Source of the DNA: Patescibacteria group bacterium | GTDB taxonomy: Bacteria; Patescibacteriota; Minisyncoccia; Minisyncoccales; Staskawiczbacteraceae | DNA length: 64,000 nucleotides | Direction: 5' to 3' | Assembly: GCA_038065715.1 (NCBI GenBank) | Contig: JBBTQL010000004.1 | Coordinates: forward strand, 35,693 to 99,692 | Shown: positions 1 through 9,535 of the stretch, piece by piece | Numbering within the stretch: position 1 is the stretch's first letter | Layout: every line of letters starts with the position of its first letter | Position numbers and translations under genes: made by a program | The notes under the pieces: model-generated | What the model was told of the DNA's origin: nothing | Database searches by the model: none | The model's input: the letters and a program-made list of their open reading frames with translations, nothing else

Positions 1-1
1 A

Positions 2-364
2 CCTAAAAAATTTAAAACGCAGGTTATACTAAAAAGAGATGAGTTTTTAAACCAAATTAAAACAGCATCTCTATTTTCTGGAAAAATCAACGAAGTAAAA
101 ATTACCATAAATGTTGAAAAAAAAGAAATAGAAATATTTGCTCAAAGCCCGGATCTTGGCGAAAATAAATCTATTATTATAGGAAAAATAGACGGAGAAT
201 CAATAGAAGCTTCTTTTAATCACAGGTTTTTAACAGATGGTCTATTAAATATAAAAAGCTCAGAAGTAATGTTTAATTTAAGCAAAGAAGAGGGGGCGTG
301 CATTTTAAGGCCGGTCGGCGACGCGAGTTATATTTATGTGGTAATGCCAATTAAATCAACATAG
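2..364 (+). CDS. dnaN: DNA polymerase III beta sliding clamp, C-terminal fragment (5' end cut by window edge)
   Basis: Open frame from window start to TAG 362-364; translation ...FNHRFLTDGLLNIKSSEVMFNLSKEEGACILRPVGDASYIYVVMPIKST resembles DnaN domain III C-terminus. Confidence 0.6.
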   Translation, partial: PKKFKTQVILKRDEFLNQIKTASLFSGKINEVKITINVEKKEIEIFAQSPDLGENKSIIIGKIDGESIEASFNHRFLTDGLLNIKSSEVMFNLSKEEGACILRPVGDASYIYVVMPIKST

Positions 365-367
365 GTT

Positions 368-2497
368 TTATCTTCCGGCAGCCAGCCAATTATTAATTCC
401 TTGTTGCCAATAATTATATTGCGCGTCTGTGTTTGGATTTTGTGGAGGAGGGCCCAAAGGATCATCTTTATTTATATAATATAAAATAGTGTTAGTGTCA
501 TTAGAATTTAACTGGCCCAATAAAACAGGGCTTTTATTTATTATATTGTCTGGCGGATTAAAATTTTCAACAGCATGATTTTTAATTATTTTTTCTATAA
601 CTTTTCTCCATATTGGAGCCGCTAATCCAACGCCAACATCTTTTGTTGGAGAATTATCGCTGTTTCCAACCCACACCCCCACAACCGTGAAGGGAGAATA
701 TCCCATTGTCCAGCCGTCTTTTAAATTTGATGTCGTTCCTGTTTTAGCCGCAACCTGATAGTCTGGAAAATAAAGAGCGGAATTTGCGCCGAAAACAGGC
801 GCCCTTAAATTATTGTCTGATAAAATATTATTTATTTGCCTTGCGGTCTGCGTGTCTAAAACCTTAGTAGATTGTTTGTTTTTTTGTTCAATAATATTGC
901 CGCCGCTGTCTTCTATTTTTAATATACTAGACGGAGAGGTCAGTAAACCTTCTGTCGCAAAAACACCATAAGCAGAGGTTAATTCTAATAAATTTACTTC
1001 TCCTCCGCCCAACACCAAGGATAAGCCATAACGATCCGGATTATTTAAAGTTGTCATTCCAAAATCTTGCGCTGTTTTTAAAGCGTCTTTAAGCCCCGAC
1101 AAATATAATAATTTTACCGATGGAAGGTTTAAAGATTGCGCTAAAGATTGCCTTATAGTAACCTTTCCTCTATAAGCGCCGTCATAATTTTGAGGATGAT
1201 AACATTCTAACCCATACATGTCTTTTTGCTGGCCTCCGTTAGGGCTGCAATTAGGGTTAAATTCAGTTTTTGCGTCCCATAACACTGTATCTGGGGTAAA
1301 ACCTTTTTTAAGCGCTGTAGCATAAACAAATGGCTTAAACGATGATCCTGGCTGTCTTTGCCCCATAGTTGCCACATCATATTTTGGATCAAATAAACAA
1401 CTTCCTGCGGGCTTTTCATCACATCCTGAAGGATAGGGTTTTTCAAAATAATTTTTTGATCCAATTAGCGCTAAAATTTCGCCGGTTTTTGGGTCAAGAA
1501 CCACCACGGCTGCATTATTCGCCCCGCGGCTTTTATTTGTTTTTTCTGCGTCTTTTAAAATTTTCTCTGCATATTGCTGAATATCCCAGTCTATCGTTGT
1601 ATAAACCCTTAATCCTTTTTCCTTTAAAAAATCTTCGCCGTATTTTTTATTTAAATATTTTTGTACATACATTACAAAATGCGGAGCTTTTATATTTGTT
1701 CTGTCTTCTGAAAAAACTATTTTTTCTGCCTTTGATTTTTCCATTTGGTCTTTTGTTATATACCCCGCTTTCTGTACTTTTTCTAAAACATAATCTTTTC
1801 TTTTTAAAAGTTCGTTTTTATTAGAACCGTATGGAGAAAGATAACTTGGAGCCGGAAGCAGCGCCGTTAAAGTTGCGGCCTCTGCCACAGAAATATCAGA
1901 CGCCGGCTTATTAAAATATGTTTGGCTGGCAGACTCAACCCCATAAGTATTTTGTCCGAAAGGAACTGCGTTTAAATACCAATTAAAAATTTGGTCTTTT
2001 GAATATTTTCTTTCTAATTCTATGCTTAAAACAATTTCCCTGACTTTTCTTGATATGCTTTTTTGGCCAGTTAAATAAACAGACCTTATTAGTTGCTGGG
2101 TTATTGTAGATCCGCCCTGGCTGGCAGATTGCAGTTTTAAGTCAATTAGTATGGCTCTGAATATTCCTTCAAAATCTATTCCGCCATGCTGGTAAAACCT
2201 TGCATCCTCTGAAGCTAAAACGGCATGTTTTAAATTATCTGAGATTTTATCAAACGCAACAATTTCCCTTTTTTCTTCGCCATAAATATCATATAAAAGA
2301 ACCTTTCCTGTCCTGTCATAAATTTTAGTGGATTGTATAAATGGAGTTTCAGTGAATTTTTCGGGCTGGGGCAGATTATAAGTGTAATAAAAAAACAGCA
2401 ATAAAATAAAACCTAAGAAAGCCAAAAACAAATAAGACAGGTATTCCCCTATCTTAATTACTATTTTTAATCTTTTATCTTTAATATTTTTAAACAT
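368..2497 (-). CDS. class A penicillin-binding protein (glycosyltransferase GT51 + transpeptidase)
   Basis: 709 aa ORF; N-terminal TM helix; GT51 motifs EDARFYQHGGID and QGGSTITQQL; transpeptidase SSFKPF (SxxK) and KTGT. Confidence 0.85.
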   Translation of the reverse strand: MFKNIKDKRLKIVIKIGEYLSYLFLAFLGFILLLFFYYTYNLPQPEKFTETPFIQSTKIYDRTGKVLLYDIYGEEKREIVAFDKISDNLKHAVLASEDARFYQHGGIDFEGIFRAILIDLKLQSASQGGSTITQQLIRSVYLTGQKSISRKVREIVLSIELERKYSKDQIFNWYLNAVPFGQNTYGVESASQTYFNKPASDISVAEAATLTALLPAPSYLSPYGSNKNELLKRKDYVLEKVQKAGYITKDQMEKSKAEKIVFSEDRTNIKAPHFVMYVQKYLNKKYGEDFLKEKGLRVYTTIDWDIQQYAEKILKDAEKTNKSRGANNAAVVVLDPKTGEILALIGSKNYFEKPYPSGCDEKPAGSCLFDPKYDVATMGQRQPGSSFKPFVYATALKKGFTPDTVLWDAKTEFNPNCSPNGGQQKDMYGLECYHPQNYDGAYRGKVTIRQSLAQSLNLPSVKLLYLSGLKDALKTAQDFGMTTLNNPDRYGLSLVLGGGEVNLLELTSAYGVFATEGLLTSPSSILKIEDSGGNIIEQKNKQSTKVLDTQTARQINNILSDNNLRAPVFGANSALYFPDYQVAAKTGTTSNLKDGWTMGYSPFTVVGVWVGNSDNSPTKDVGVGLAAPIWRKVIEKIIKNHAVENFNPPDNIINKSPVLLGQLNSNDTNTILYYINKDDPLGPPPQNPNTDAQYNYWQQGINNWLAAGR

Positions 2498-2556
2498 ATA
2501 TTTTTGAATATAATTTAAGAATATAATACCACAAAACCCCTATTTTTACAAAAAAC

Positions 2557-2590
2557 AAAAACTCCGCTTAAATTCCACGGAGTTTTTGTT
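2557..2590. terminator. bidirectional intrinsic terminator hairpin
   Basis: AAAAACTCCG-loop-CGGAGTTTTT perfect 10-bp stem flanked by A/T runs on both sides, between two minus-strand genes. Confidence 0.6.
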
Positions 2591-2602
2591 TTGTTGTTGT
2601 TA

Positions 2603-2788
2603 TTATTCTTCTTCCTCTACCATTGTATCATCATCGTCGTCAACCACTTCTTCGGCTTTTTCATCGTCGCCGTCATCATCCCAATTATCTTCATCAAAGT
2701 CATCTTCTTGATTTATAAGCCTATTTAAAAATTCTTCTTCCATTTTTTTTATTTTTTTAATTCTATTGTCCTTATTATATTTTTTCAT
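2603..2788 (-). CDS. small acidic protein (D/E-rich tail), function unknown
   Basis: 61 aa ORF followed by the terminator; very acidic C-terminus; no recognisable family. Confidence 0.4.
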   Translation of the reverse strand: MKKYNKDNRIKKIKKMEEEFLNRLINQEDDFDEDNWDDDGDDEKAEEVVDDDDDTMVEEEE

Positions 2789-2833
2789 AAACTATTGTCA
2801 ACCCCGTTAAAAGCCTACTCTGTGGAAAACTTT

Positions 2834-3331
2834 TTAAGTCCAATAATTTTTTAACGAAGCGCAAATAGCCAGCCCCAAAGCATCAAAAGCATCGTCCTTT
2901 TTTCTATTGTTTTTTTTAAAATCAAACCCGTTTAAATCCAATGTTTTTTTTAGCATCTCTTGCATTTGTTTTTTTTCTGCCCTGCCATACCCAGTGATAG
3001 CCATTTTCACTTGCAAAGGAGTAAATTCTACAACTGGCAATTTTTTTTCTTCAGCCGCAAGCAGTATTACTCCCTTTGTTTGGCTTACGGGAATTGCTGT
3101 TTTTAAATTTTTAAAGAAAAATAAATTTTCAACAGCCATTATTTCAGGTTTATGCTTTGCAATCAGTTTTTCTGTTTCTTTGTATATTTTTTTTAATCTT
3201 TCTCCAGTGGTTGCAAACTGCTCTGTTATTATGCATCCAAAATCAATAACCTCAACGCGGCAGTCTTTATGCTTTTTGATAATAGAATAGCCAACCACCA
3301 CAGACCCCGGATCTATGCCTAAGATTATCAT
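2834..3331 (-). CDS. ruvC: crossover junction endodeoxyribonuclease RuvC
   Basis: MIILGIDPGSVVVGYSII N-terminus typical of RuvC; 165 aa. Confidence 0.9.
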   Translation of the reverse strand: MIILGIDPGSVVVGYSIIKKHKDCRVEVIDFGCIITEQFATTGERLKKIYKETEKLIAKHKPEIMAVENLFFFKNLKTAIPVSQTKGVILLAAEEKKLPVVEFTPLQVKMAITGYGRAEKKQMQEMLKKTLDLNGFDFKKNNRKKDDAFDALGLAICASLKNYWT

Positions 3332-4057
3332 TTAGTTTTTTAGGTTAGAGTAAATATCGTTTACTGCATCGTTTTCGTCTAAGGCTTCAAAGAGTTTTTG
3401 CGCTTGTTGTTTTTCTTTTTCTGAAATTTCAACTTCTTCTTTAGCAACATAATCCAAAGACGCAGATTCAATTTTAATCCCCTTTTCTTCTAAGGATTTT
3501 TTTACGCTATCTAAATCTTCTATTTTTGTATAAATTTCAAGTTCGTCTCCGCGCCACTTTACATCATCTGCGCCAGCTTCTATGGCTAAAAGCTCCAGTT
3601 CTTCTTTTGTTTTATTGTTTCCGCTAACAGATATAGCTCCTTTTCTCTCAAACATCCATCTCACAGCTCCTTCGCCTGCCATTTTTCCGTTATTTTGGTT
3701 TAAAATAGATTTTATTTCTCCCAAAGTCCTGTTTGTATTGTCTGTAATGCCGTTAATTATTAAAGCGATTCCTCCTGGCCCAAATCCCTCAAAAGACACC
3801 TCTTCTAAAGTTTCTCCTGCCAATTCTCCGGTACCTTTTTTAATTGCCCGTTCAATATTTTCTTTGGGCATATTCATATTTTTAGCCTGTTCTATCACAG
3901 CCTTAAGTTTGGCGTTTTTAAATGGGTCTCCCGATCCCCCTCCTTCTTTGACGGCTATTGTAATTAACCGGCCATATTTAGAATATATTTTTCCTTTTTT
4001 GGCATCATTGGCCATCTTTGTGGCCATAATTGTTTTTGCATGACTATGTCCCGACAT
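3332..4057 (-). CDS. YebC/PmpR family DNA-binding transcriptional regulator
   Basis: 241 aa; MSGHSHAKTIMATK...KYGRLITIAVKEGGGSGDPFKNAKLKAVIEQAK matches YebC family; abuts ruvC as in many bacteria. Confidence 0.9.
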   Translation of the reverse strand: MSGHSHAKTIMATKMANDAKKGKIYSKYGRLITIAVKEGGGSGDPFKNAKLKAVIEQAKNMNMPKENIERAIKKGTGELAGETLEEVSFEGFGPGGIALIINGITDNTNRTLGEIKSILNQNNGKMAGEGAVRWMFERKGAISVSGNNKTKEELELLAIEAGADDVKWRGDELEIYTKIEDLDSVKKSLEEKGIKIESASLDYVAKEEVEISEKEKQQAQKLFEALDENDAVNDIYSNLKN

Positions 4058-5057
4058 ATTTTTTAAAAAGTTTTAATTTAATTAATAATACAATTGCGGC
4101 TGAAATTATAGTTATAATTAAGGCTGTTAAAAATAAAAACCAAGGATTTGCCCCGCTAAAACTTTCGTTGGCAGTTTGGCTTATTGCGTCATTAATGCTT
4201 GCTGTTTTTAAATTTTCATCAACTTTATTACTATTACCAGATTTTTTAGAATTAGACAATATCTCTAAAACAATAATATTTGCAGTTCCCGGGGTAAGGG
4301 TCTTACTCCATTGCCAGCCTGCCTGCGCGGGCAGGCCATTATTCGTTTTATTGTAAGATTGGCCGAGAGGCGCCTTTGTGAGAGAAACTAAATCAATGGT
4401 TTTGCCATCGGGAGTTAACAAATTTAAGCCGTCCCCATCATTGTTCAGTATTATTTTAGTGTCTTGTCTTTTAAAAACTAAATATCCATTGGCAGATATT
4501 TTTACCTGCCTGCCTTCAGGCAGGTATTTAGAAATTGTAAAAGCCGTAATTGTGCCTGCTGTATCTTTTATTTGCCAGTTTGATAAATCAACTTCAAAGT
4601 TATTTGCGTTATATAATTCAATCCATTCGTTTGTTTCGTCTGCGCCTTCTGGTGAAGGCAAAATCTCATTTATAAAAATTCCGCTCGGATAAATTATCGC
4701 GCGTGTTGCCTCTGTCGTGTTTTGTGTATTTAAATTTTGAGAATTAGGATTTGTTTCGGATTTAGAATTTTGAATTTCGGATTTTTCGCCTACATAGGCG
4801 AGCCCCTGGTCTTTTATTTTTTGTAAAGTTTTTTCTCCTATTCCTTTAACTTTTATCAAATCGTCAACAGATAAAAATGGTCTTGCCTCTATTATTCTTT
4901 GCGCCAATACCGGCCCTATGCCAATTATCTCATCTAATTGCGCCAATGAGGCGGTATTTATTTCCACCTTATCTGCCCGCGCAGACAGGTCTGCCGCCAA
5001 AATAAGAGGCGGGCAAAAAGAAAAAACTAATAAAAAAATAATAAATATATTTTTCAC
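4044..5057 (-). CDS. secreted ComEA-like helix-hairpin-helix DNA-binding protein fused to lamin-tail (LTD) domain
   Basis: Signal/TM N-terminus; HhH segment VEINTASLAQLDEIIGIGPVLAQRIIEARPF; C-terminal INEILPSPEGADETNEWIELYNANNFEVDLSNWQIKD resembles LTD. Confidence 0.55.
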   Translation of the reverse strand: MKNIFIIFLLVFSFCPPLILAADLSARADKVEINTASLAQLDEIIGIGPVLAQRIIEARPFLSVDDLIKVKGIGEKTLQKIKDQGLAYVGEKSEIQNSKSETNPNSQNLNTQNTTEATRAIIYPSGIFINEILPSPEGADETNEWIELYNANNFEVDLSNWQIKDTAGTITAFTISKYLPEGRQVKISANGYLVFKRQDTKIILNNDGDGLNLLTPDGKTIDLVSLTKAPLGQSYNKTNNGLPAQAGWQWSKTLTPGTANIIVLEILSNSKKSGNSNKVDENLKTASINDAISQTANESFSGANPWFLFLTALIITIISAAIVLLIKLKLFKKYVGT

Positions 5058-5070
5058 AATTCAGGCATGC

Positions 5071-6084
5071 TTAAATTAATGGACTTTGATTGTTCTTTGG
5101 TTTAAGCCCAAAATGTTCATAGGCAAGTTTTGAGGCGACTCTGCCCTTTGGAGTTCTTTCAATAAAACCGCATTGCATCAAATAGGGTTCGTAAATATCT
5201 AAAATAGAATCTTCTTCTTCCATGGCAGCAGCCGACAAAGATTGAAGCCCCACTGGACCGCCGTTAAATTTTTCTATCAAAGCTTTTAATATAGATCTGT
5301 CGCTGGAATCTAACCCCATTTTATCCACTTCTAAAGAATTTAGCGCATCATTTGCAATTTCTTTTGTGATAAATCCATCACTTTTAACTTCTGCAAAATC
5401 TCTAACTCTTTTAAAAAGTCGGTTGGCAACCCTTGGAGTAAAACGAGACCTCTTTGCTATAATTTTTACGGCTTCTGGCTCAATCCCCACATTTAAAATT
5501 TTTCCTGACCTTTCAATTATTTTTTCAATATCTTCATTTGAGTAAAAATTTAATTGAAAAGTCGCGCCAAAGCGATTTCTTAAGGGCGAGGACAAAAGCC
5601 CGGGCCTTGTTGTGGCTCCAATCATTGTAAAATGAGGCAACTTTAATTCCATTGTTCTTGCCATAGGTCCTTTGCCTAAAATTAAATTAAGCTTGTACTC
5701 TTCCATGGCAGGATATAAATATTCTTCAACCGTTTTATTTATTCTATGTATTTCATCTAAAAACAAAACATCGCCTTCTGATAAATTAGTTAGAATTGCC
5801 GCCAAATCTCCGGCTCTTTCTACGGCAGGGCCCGAAGTCACCCTAATGGACTTGCCCATTTCATTGGCAACTAAATATGCCAGCGTGGTTTTTCCTAATC
5901 CAGAGTTCCCATAAAATAATAAATGGTCAGGCGACTGGCTTCTTTTTTTTGCCGCTGTTATTATTATCCTGATATTTTCTTTGATTTTTTCCTGGCCCAC
6001 ATACTCTTGCCAGTTTTTTGGTCGCAAAGCAGAATCCAGCGCGTTATCGTCATTGTTTATTTTTTCTGGTAAAACTCTTGACAT
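5071..6084 (-). CDS. ruvB: Holliday junction branch migration helicase RuvB
   Basis: 337 aa; Walker A GNSGLGKTTLA, DEIHRINKTVEE (Walker B), typical RuvB length and C-terminal winged helix. Confidence 0.95.
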   Translation of the reverse strand: MSRVLPEKINNDDNALDSALRPKNWQEYVGQEKIKENIRIIITAAKKRSQSPDHLLFYGNSGLGKTTLAYLVANEMGKSIRVTSGPAVERAGDLAAILTNLSEGDVLFLDEIHRINKTVEEYLYPAMEEYKLNLILGKGPMARTMELKLPHFTMIGATTRPGLLSSPLRNRFGATFQLNFYSNEDIEKIIERSGKILNVGIEPEAVKIIAKRSRFTPRVANRLFKRVRDFAEVKSDGFITKEIANDALNSLEVDKMGLDSSDRSILKALIEKFNGGPVGLQSLSAAAMEEEDSILDIYEPYLMQCGFIERTPKGRVASKLAYEHFGLKPKNNQSPLI

Positions 6085-6169
6085 AAGCTTTATAAGGTGA
6101 TATAATTAAATTTATTGACGCCTACAATTTATTATAACAAATTTGTTCGTATTATTTATAGGTTTTGCT

Positions 6170-6304
6170 AAAACAGCTCTGGAGTTGGAGGTTTTATATG
6201 GGTTTGTCTCAGTTTCCGGGTAATCTTGCTCCGGCTCGATTATTCCTCAGACAAACTTTTACTTATGTCCCAGACATAAAGACACCTCCAACTCCAGAGC
6301 TGTT
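6170..6304. repeat. perfect 23-bp inverted repeat enclosing nested stems (structured element, ncRNA or MITE-like)
   Basis: AAAACAGCTCTGGAGTTGGAGGT at 6170-6192 is exact reverse complement of 6282-6304; inner GTTTGTCT/AGACAAAC stem; local GC above background. Confidence 0.5.
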
Positions 6305-6344
6305 TTCCCCCGTTTCTAGTTCTTTGTTTTTAGGAGAAACGCCA

Positions 6345-6521
6345 TGAGAAAAATATGTATTATCGGGCATTCCATTTCCTGGGTGGCAGTTGTTCTATAT
6401 ATACTTGCTTGCACTTTTGCACCAGAGTTGGCCGGAAAGCACAACTGGGCAGCAATACTGTCTTTCGCCGCTCTTGGGATGTTCTCTTTTCTCCACTTCT
6501 CAGTTGTTGATGCTAAATAAA
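6345..6521 (+). CDS. small hydrophobic protein (58 aa), hypothetical
   Basis: AGGAG RBS 6-8 nt upstream of ATG 6345; two predicted TM segments; below 60 aa ORF-track cutoff; GC ~45%. Confidence 0.3.
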
Positions 6522-6537
6522 CATTCAACAACCTCAC

Positions 6538-6579
6538 AAAAGTCCTAGTAGGCTTCGCCCAACGGACTTTATTTTTTTA
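6538..6579. terminator. intrinsic terminator between convergent genes
   Basis: AAAGTCC...GGACTTT stem followed by ATTTTTTT. Confidence 0.5.
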
Positions 6580-6581
6580 AA

Positions 6582-7913
6582 CTAACCAGCTGGCTGCTCT
6601 TCGTCTTCCTCGACAACCCTCAAAACTTCTTCTAATGTTGTATCTCCTAAAACAACATCAATTAAACCCGACTGGTACATTGTGACCATCCCCTTTTTGA
6701 TGGCTAATTCCCTAATTGATGAAACTGGAGGATTAGTTAAAATAAATTTTTCCATTTGCGAGTCTACTAAAAATACTTCAAATAATCCCTGCCTTCCTTT
6801 ATATCCTGTAAAGTTGCAAGCCTCGCACCCTTTTTCTTTTGTTTTTGCAATTTGTATTTTATTTAAATCAGGAAGGATAATATCGTTGGGCAGATTTTTT
6901 AACCCTTTTTTTATTTCAGATAATTCGCTTGCAGTCGGCTTTGCAAGGGTTGAGCATTTTTTGCATACTTTTCTTACCAATCTTTGGGCTACTGTCATTT
7001 TTAATCCTGATGCGATTGATGACGGTTCTGTGCCTAGGTCCACAAGCCTTGGAATGGTGCCAGCAGCGTCATTAGTATGTAAAGTTGATAATACCAAGTG
7101 GCCAGTTAAAGCCGCTTGCAGGGCTATTTTAGCGGTTTCAAGGTCTCTAATTTCACCAACCAATATAACATCGGGGTCTTGCCTTACTATTGACCTTAGC
7201 CCGTCTGAAAAGTCATATCCTTTTTCTGGAGCCACTTGTGTTTGAGAAACGCCTTTTAAGTGATATTCAATCGGGTCCTCAATTGTGATAATTTTAATTT
7301 CTGGATTTTGAATCTTCATTAAAAAAGCGTAAAGAGTAGTTGTTTTTCCAGAACCCGTAGGACCTGTAACAATTATCATTCCATTGGGCTTTTCAATTTC
7401 TTTTTGAAAAATTTTATATAAATCTTTTCTTAATCCTAAAGAATCTAACCCAATTAAATTTTTTGGATTTAAAATTCTCATTACAATTGATTCGCCATAT
7501 TCAGCCGGCAGGCTGGAAGTTCTTATTTCTATTAATGAGTCCTCAATTTCTATGGTAAACCTTCCGTCTTGCGGCTTATCTGTGATATTTAATTTAAGCC
7601 TAGAGAGAAGCTTTAATCTGGAAATTAAGCTGTGATATATTTTTTCGTCAAAAAAAACAACGTCCTGTAAGACGCCGTCTAACCTTATTCTTAACCTTGA
7701 GTTATTTTCCTGCGGCTCTATATGTATATCAGAAGTATCAAGCGCTATGGCTCCAAACAAAATAACATCTAAAAGATTTGTGGTATTTTGCGTTATGTAT
7801 TCTTCTATCTTTGCTTTAAAATTGGAAATACTTTTAACATCTTTTTTTACTTCAACTATAACATCTTTTGAAATAGCTACGGTTCCTAATAATTTTTTCT
7901 TTGTTTCATTCAT
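6582..7913 (-). CDS. type II secretion/type IV pilus assembly ATPase (GspE/PilB family)
   Basis: 443 aa; Walker A VTGPTGSGKTTTLYA; GspE-type N-terminal region; Cys-rich C-terminal zinc-binding CxxC...CxxC. Confidence 0.8.
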   Translation of the reverse strand: MNETKKKLLGTVAISKDVIVEVKKDVKSISNFKAKIEEYITQNTTNLLDVILFGAIALDTSDIHIEPQENNSRLRIRLDGVLQDVVFFDEKIYHSLISRLKLLSRLKLNITDKPQDGRFTIEIEDSLIEIRTSSLPAEYGESIVMRILNPKNLIGLDSLGLRKDLYKIFQKEIEKPNGMIIVTGPTGSGKTTTLYAFLMKIQNPEIKIITIEDPIEYHLKGVSQTQVAPEKGYDFSDGLRSIVRQDPDVILVGEIRDLETAKIALQAALTGHLVLSTLHTNDAAGTIPRLVDLGTEPSSIASGLKMTVAQRLVRKVCKKCSTLAKPTASELSEIKKGLKNLPNDIILPDLNKIQIAKTKEKGCEACNFTGYKGRQGLFEVFLVDSQMEKFILTNPPVSSIRELAIKKGMVTMYQSGLIDVVLGDTTLEEVLRVVEEDEEQPAG

Positions 7914-8748
7914 TTTTATTAAAAATATTATTTTTTATTTCTTTTAAGTCGGCTCCCGTTTTCATTAAAAGCCCGGCAGTTTCAAAAATTTCCTGCGTTG
8001 TTTTTGAATTTCCAAAATTTTCTGTGTAAATTGCCAGTCCTGCCAAAAAGCAGTTGGCAGCCTGTTTTTTTACCCCGTTAGAAAGCCCATCTTTTGAGGG
8101 TTCCTTATTGGATGGGTCGTATGGCCCCGGTTGCTCAAGCTTTCTATCGGGGTTTACAAGATTTAACGCCATCTCTGACAAAGAATAATCTCTTATTATG
8201 TTTATTCTACCAAAGTTTTGGTTTTTTGTCCCGACTTCGTCGAGGATGCTCGATGGCGAAGCCATCGGCACACTTTCACTATCTATATTTAAAATAAGAG
8301 AATCCAGTAAAAACCCATAAGAGTTAAGCTTGCCAGCCAATTCAGTTTTAAAATCTTTTATTCCTAAAGTTATTGTAAGGTCTGGTTTTGTTTCTGAAAA
8401 ATAAAATAAGAGGTTTTCTTTTTTTATATTTCCCCTGTCAATCATTAAATGAATTTTTAATCCTTCTTCATTTTTTTCGTAGTAAACCTGCGAGATTTCA
8501 GCTGTTTTTTGAGGAATTGAAATCACAAAGTTTTTTGGATATGAAATATGGCCTAAGCTAGGCAATAAAAATCGAAATTTTTCTGGAAATTCTTCTATTA
8601 TTAAGTTTACATTTTTATTTAATTCTTTTAAAGTATAAAAAAGAGCCAAAGCAACTGGAATGCTTTCGCCATTTGGGTTATCATTTGGAATAATGCAGAT
8701 ATTTTTTGCTTCAGAAATTAATTGCTTTGCTTCTTGCGGTATTTCCAT
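7906..8748 (-). CDS. DHH/NrnA-like phosphoesterase homolog with degenerate catalytic motif
   Basis: 280 aa; N-terminus ICIIPNDNPNGESIPVALALFYTLKE parallels NrnA HRNPDGDAIGSxLAL but His/Asp replaced; overlaps upstream ATPase gene by 8 nt; contains GC-rich hairpin insert at 8229-8268. Confidence 0.45.
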   Translation of the reverse strand: MEIPQEAKQLISEAKNICIIPNDNPNGESIPVALALFYTLKELNKNVNLIIEEFPEKFRFLLPSLGHISYPKNFVISIPQKTAEISQVYYEKNEEGLKIHLMIDRGNIKKENLLFYFSETKPDLTITLGIKDFKTELAGKLNSYGFLLDSLILNIDSESVPMASPSSILDEVGTKNQNFGRINIIRDYSLSEMALNLVNPDRKLEQPGPYDPSNKEPSKDGLSNGVKKQAANCFLAGLAIYTENFGNSKTTQEIFETAGLLMKTGADLKEIKNNIFNKNE

Positions 8749-8796
8749 AAAATTTAAGATTTAATATACCCTATTCGATTTTAAAAAATAAGTCAA

Positions 8797-9312
8797 TTGT
8801 GGATTATGAGAAATAAAATTATAACAAAAAGTTTTAAAGAAACTCAAAAAATTGGCGAGAAATTGGCAGATGAAATTTTGAAATTACTGCCGCAAAAAAG
8901 CGCAATAATTTTAGGTTTGAACGGAAACCTTGGGGGAGGCAAAACAACCTTCTTGCAAGGTTTTGCAAAAGGGCTGGGAATTAAAGAAAAAATATTAAGC
9001 CCCACCTTTGTAATTTACAAAAAGTTTATTATTTCACCAATACTTATAAATAAGCGTACGCAGAATTTGGAGTATCGCCAATTTTATCACTTTGATTGCT
9101 ATCGCATAAAAAATTACAAAGACTTTTTGGCGATAGGATTTTCCGCCCAAGGCGGACCAGCCTCGGGCTGGAAAGAAATAATTTCAAACCCAAAAAATAT
9201 TGTGGCAATTGAATGGCCAGAAAAAATTAAAAAGATTTTTCCAAAAACTGCCGTAAAGATAAATTTTAAATTTATCAACGAAAGCGCAAGAGAGTTGACA
9301 ATTAATAAATAA
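8797..9312 (+). CDS. tsaE: tRNA threonylcarbamoyladenosine biosynthesis protein TsaE
   Basis: P-loop LGLNGNLGGGKTTFLQGFAKGLGI typical of TsaE/YjeE; ~170 aa. Confidence 0.75.
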   Translation: MWIMRNKIITKSFKETQKIGEKLADEILKLLPQKSAIILGLNGNLGGGKTTFLQGFAKGLGIKEKILSPTFVIYKKFIISPILINKRTQNLEYRQFYHFDCYRIKNYKDFLAIGFSAQGGPASGWKEIISNPKNIVAIEWPEKIKKIFPKTAVKINFKFINESARELTINK

Positions 9313-9350
9313 TATGATAAACTCTAAATTAGTTCCTGAAAAAACGTTTA

Positions 9351-9530
9351 GTTAGCGGCAAGGCGCCTTTTTTACCAACGGGGAAAGATGGAGCAATACC
9401 CATCTGAAAGCGCGTTGGATTGCTGAGATAATCTTTGTCACCCTGACACAAAGAAACGATTTTTGGCAAAGAGGCGCGCTGGAAAAGAAATGCCAGCCGA
9501 ATCTATTGGAGTCGATTCGGCGCCGCTAAC
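9351..9530 (+). ncRNA. candidate structured small RNA (identity unknown; 6S-like closing stem)
   Basis: 5' GTTAGCGGC..GGCGCC pairs with 3' GGCGCC..GCCGCTAAC; several internal hairpins; GC above background; followed directly by strong intrinsic terminator; no ORF with RBS. Confidence 0.3.
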
Positions 9531-9535
9531 CTTAA

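Noticed and set aside
1207-1824. Short ORFs (1207-1464 minus, 1369-1824 plus) inside the PBP gene
   Set aside because: Nested within or antisense to a 709-aa conserved PBP; no independent signals.
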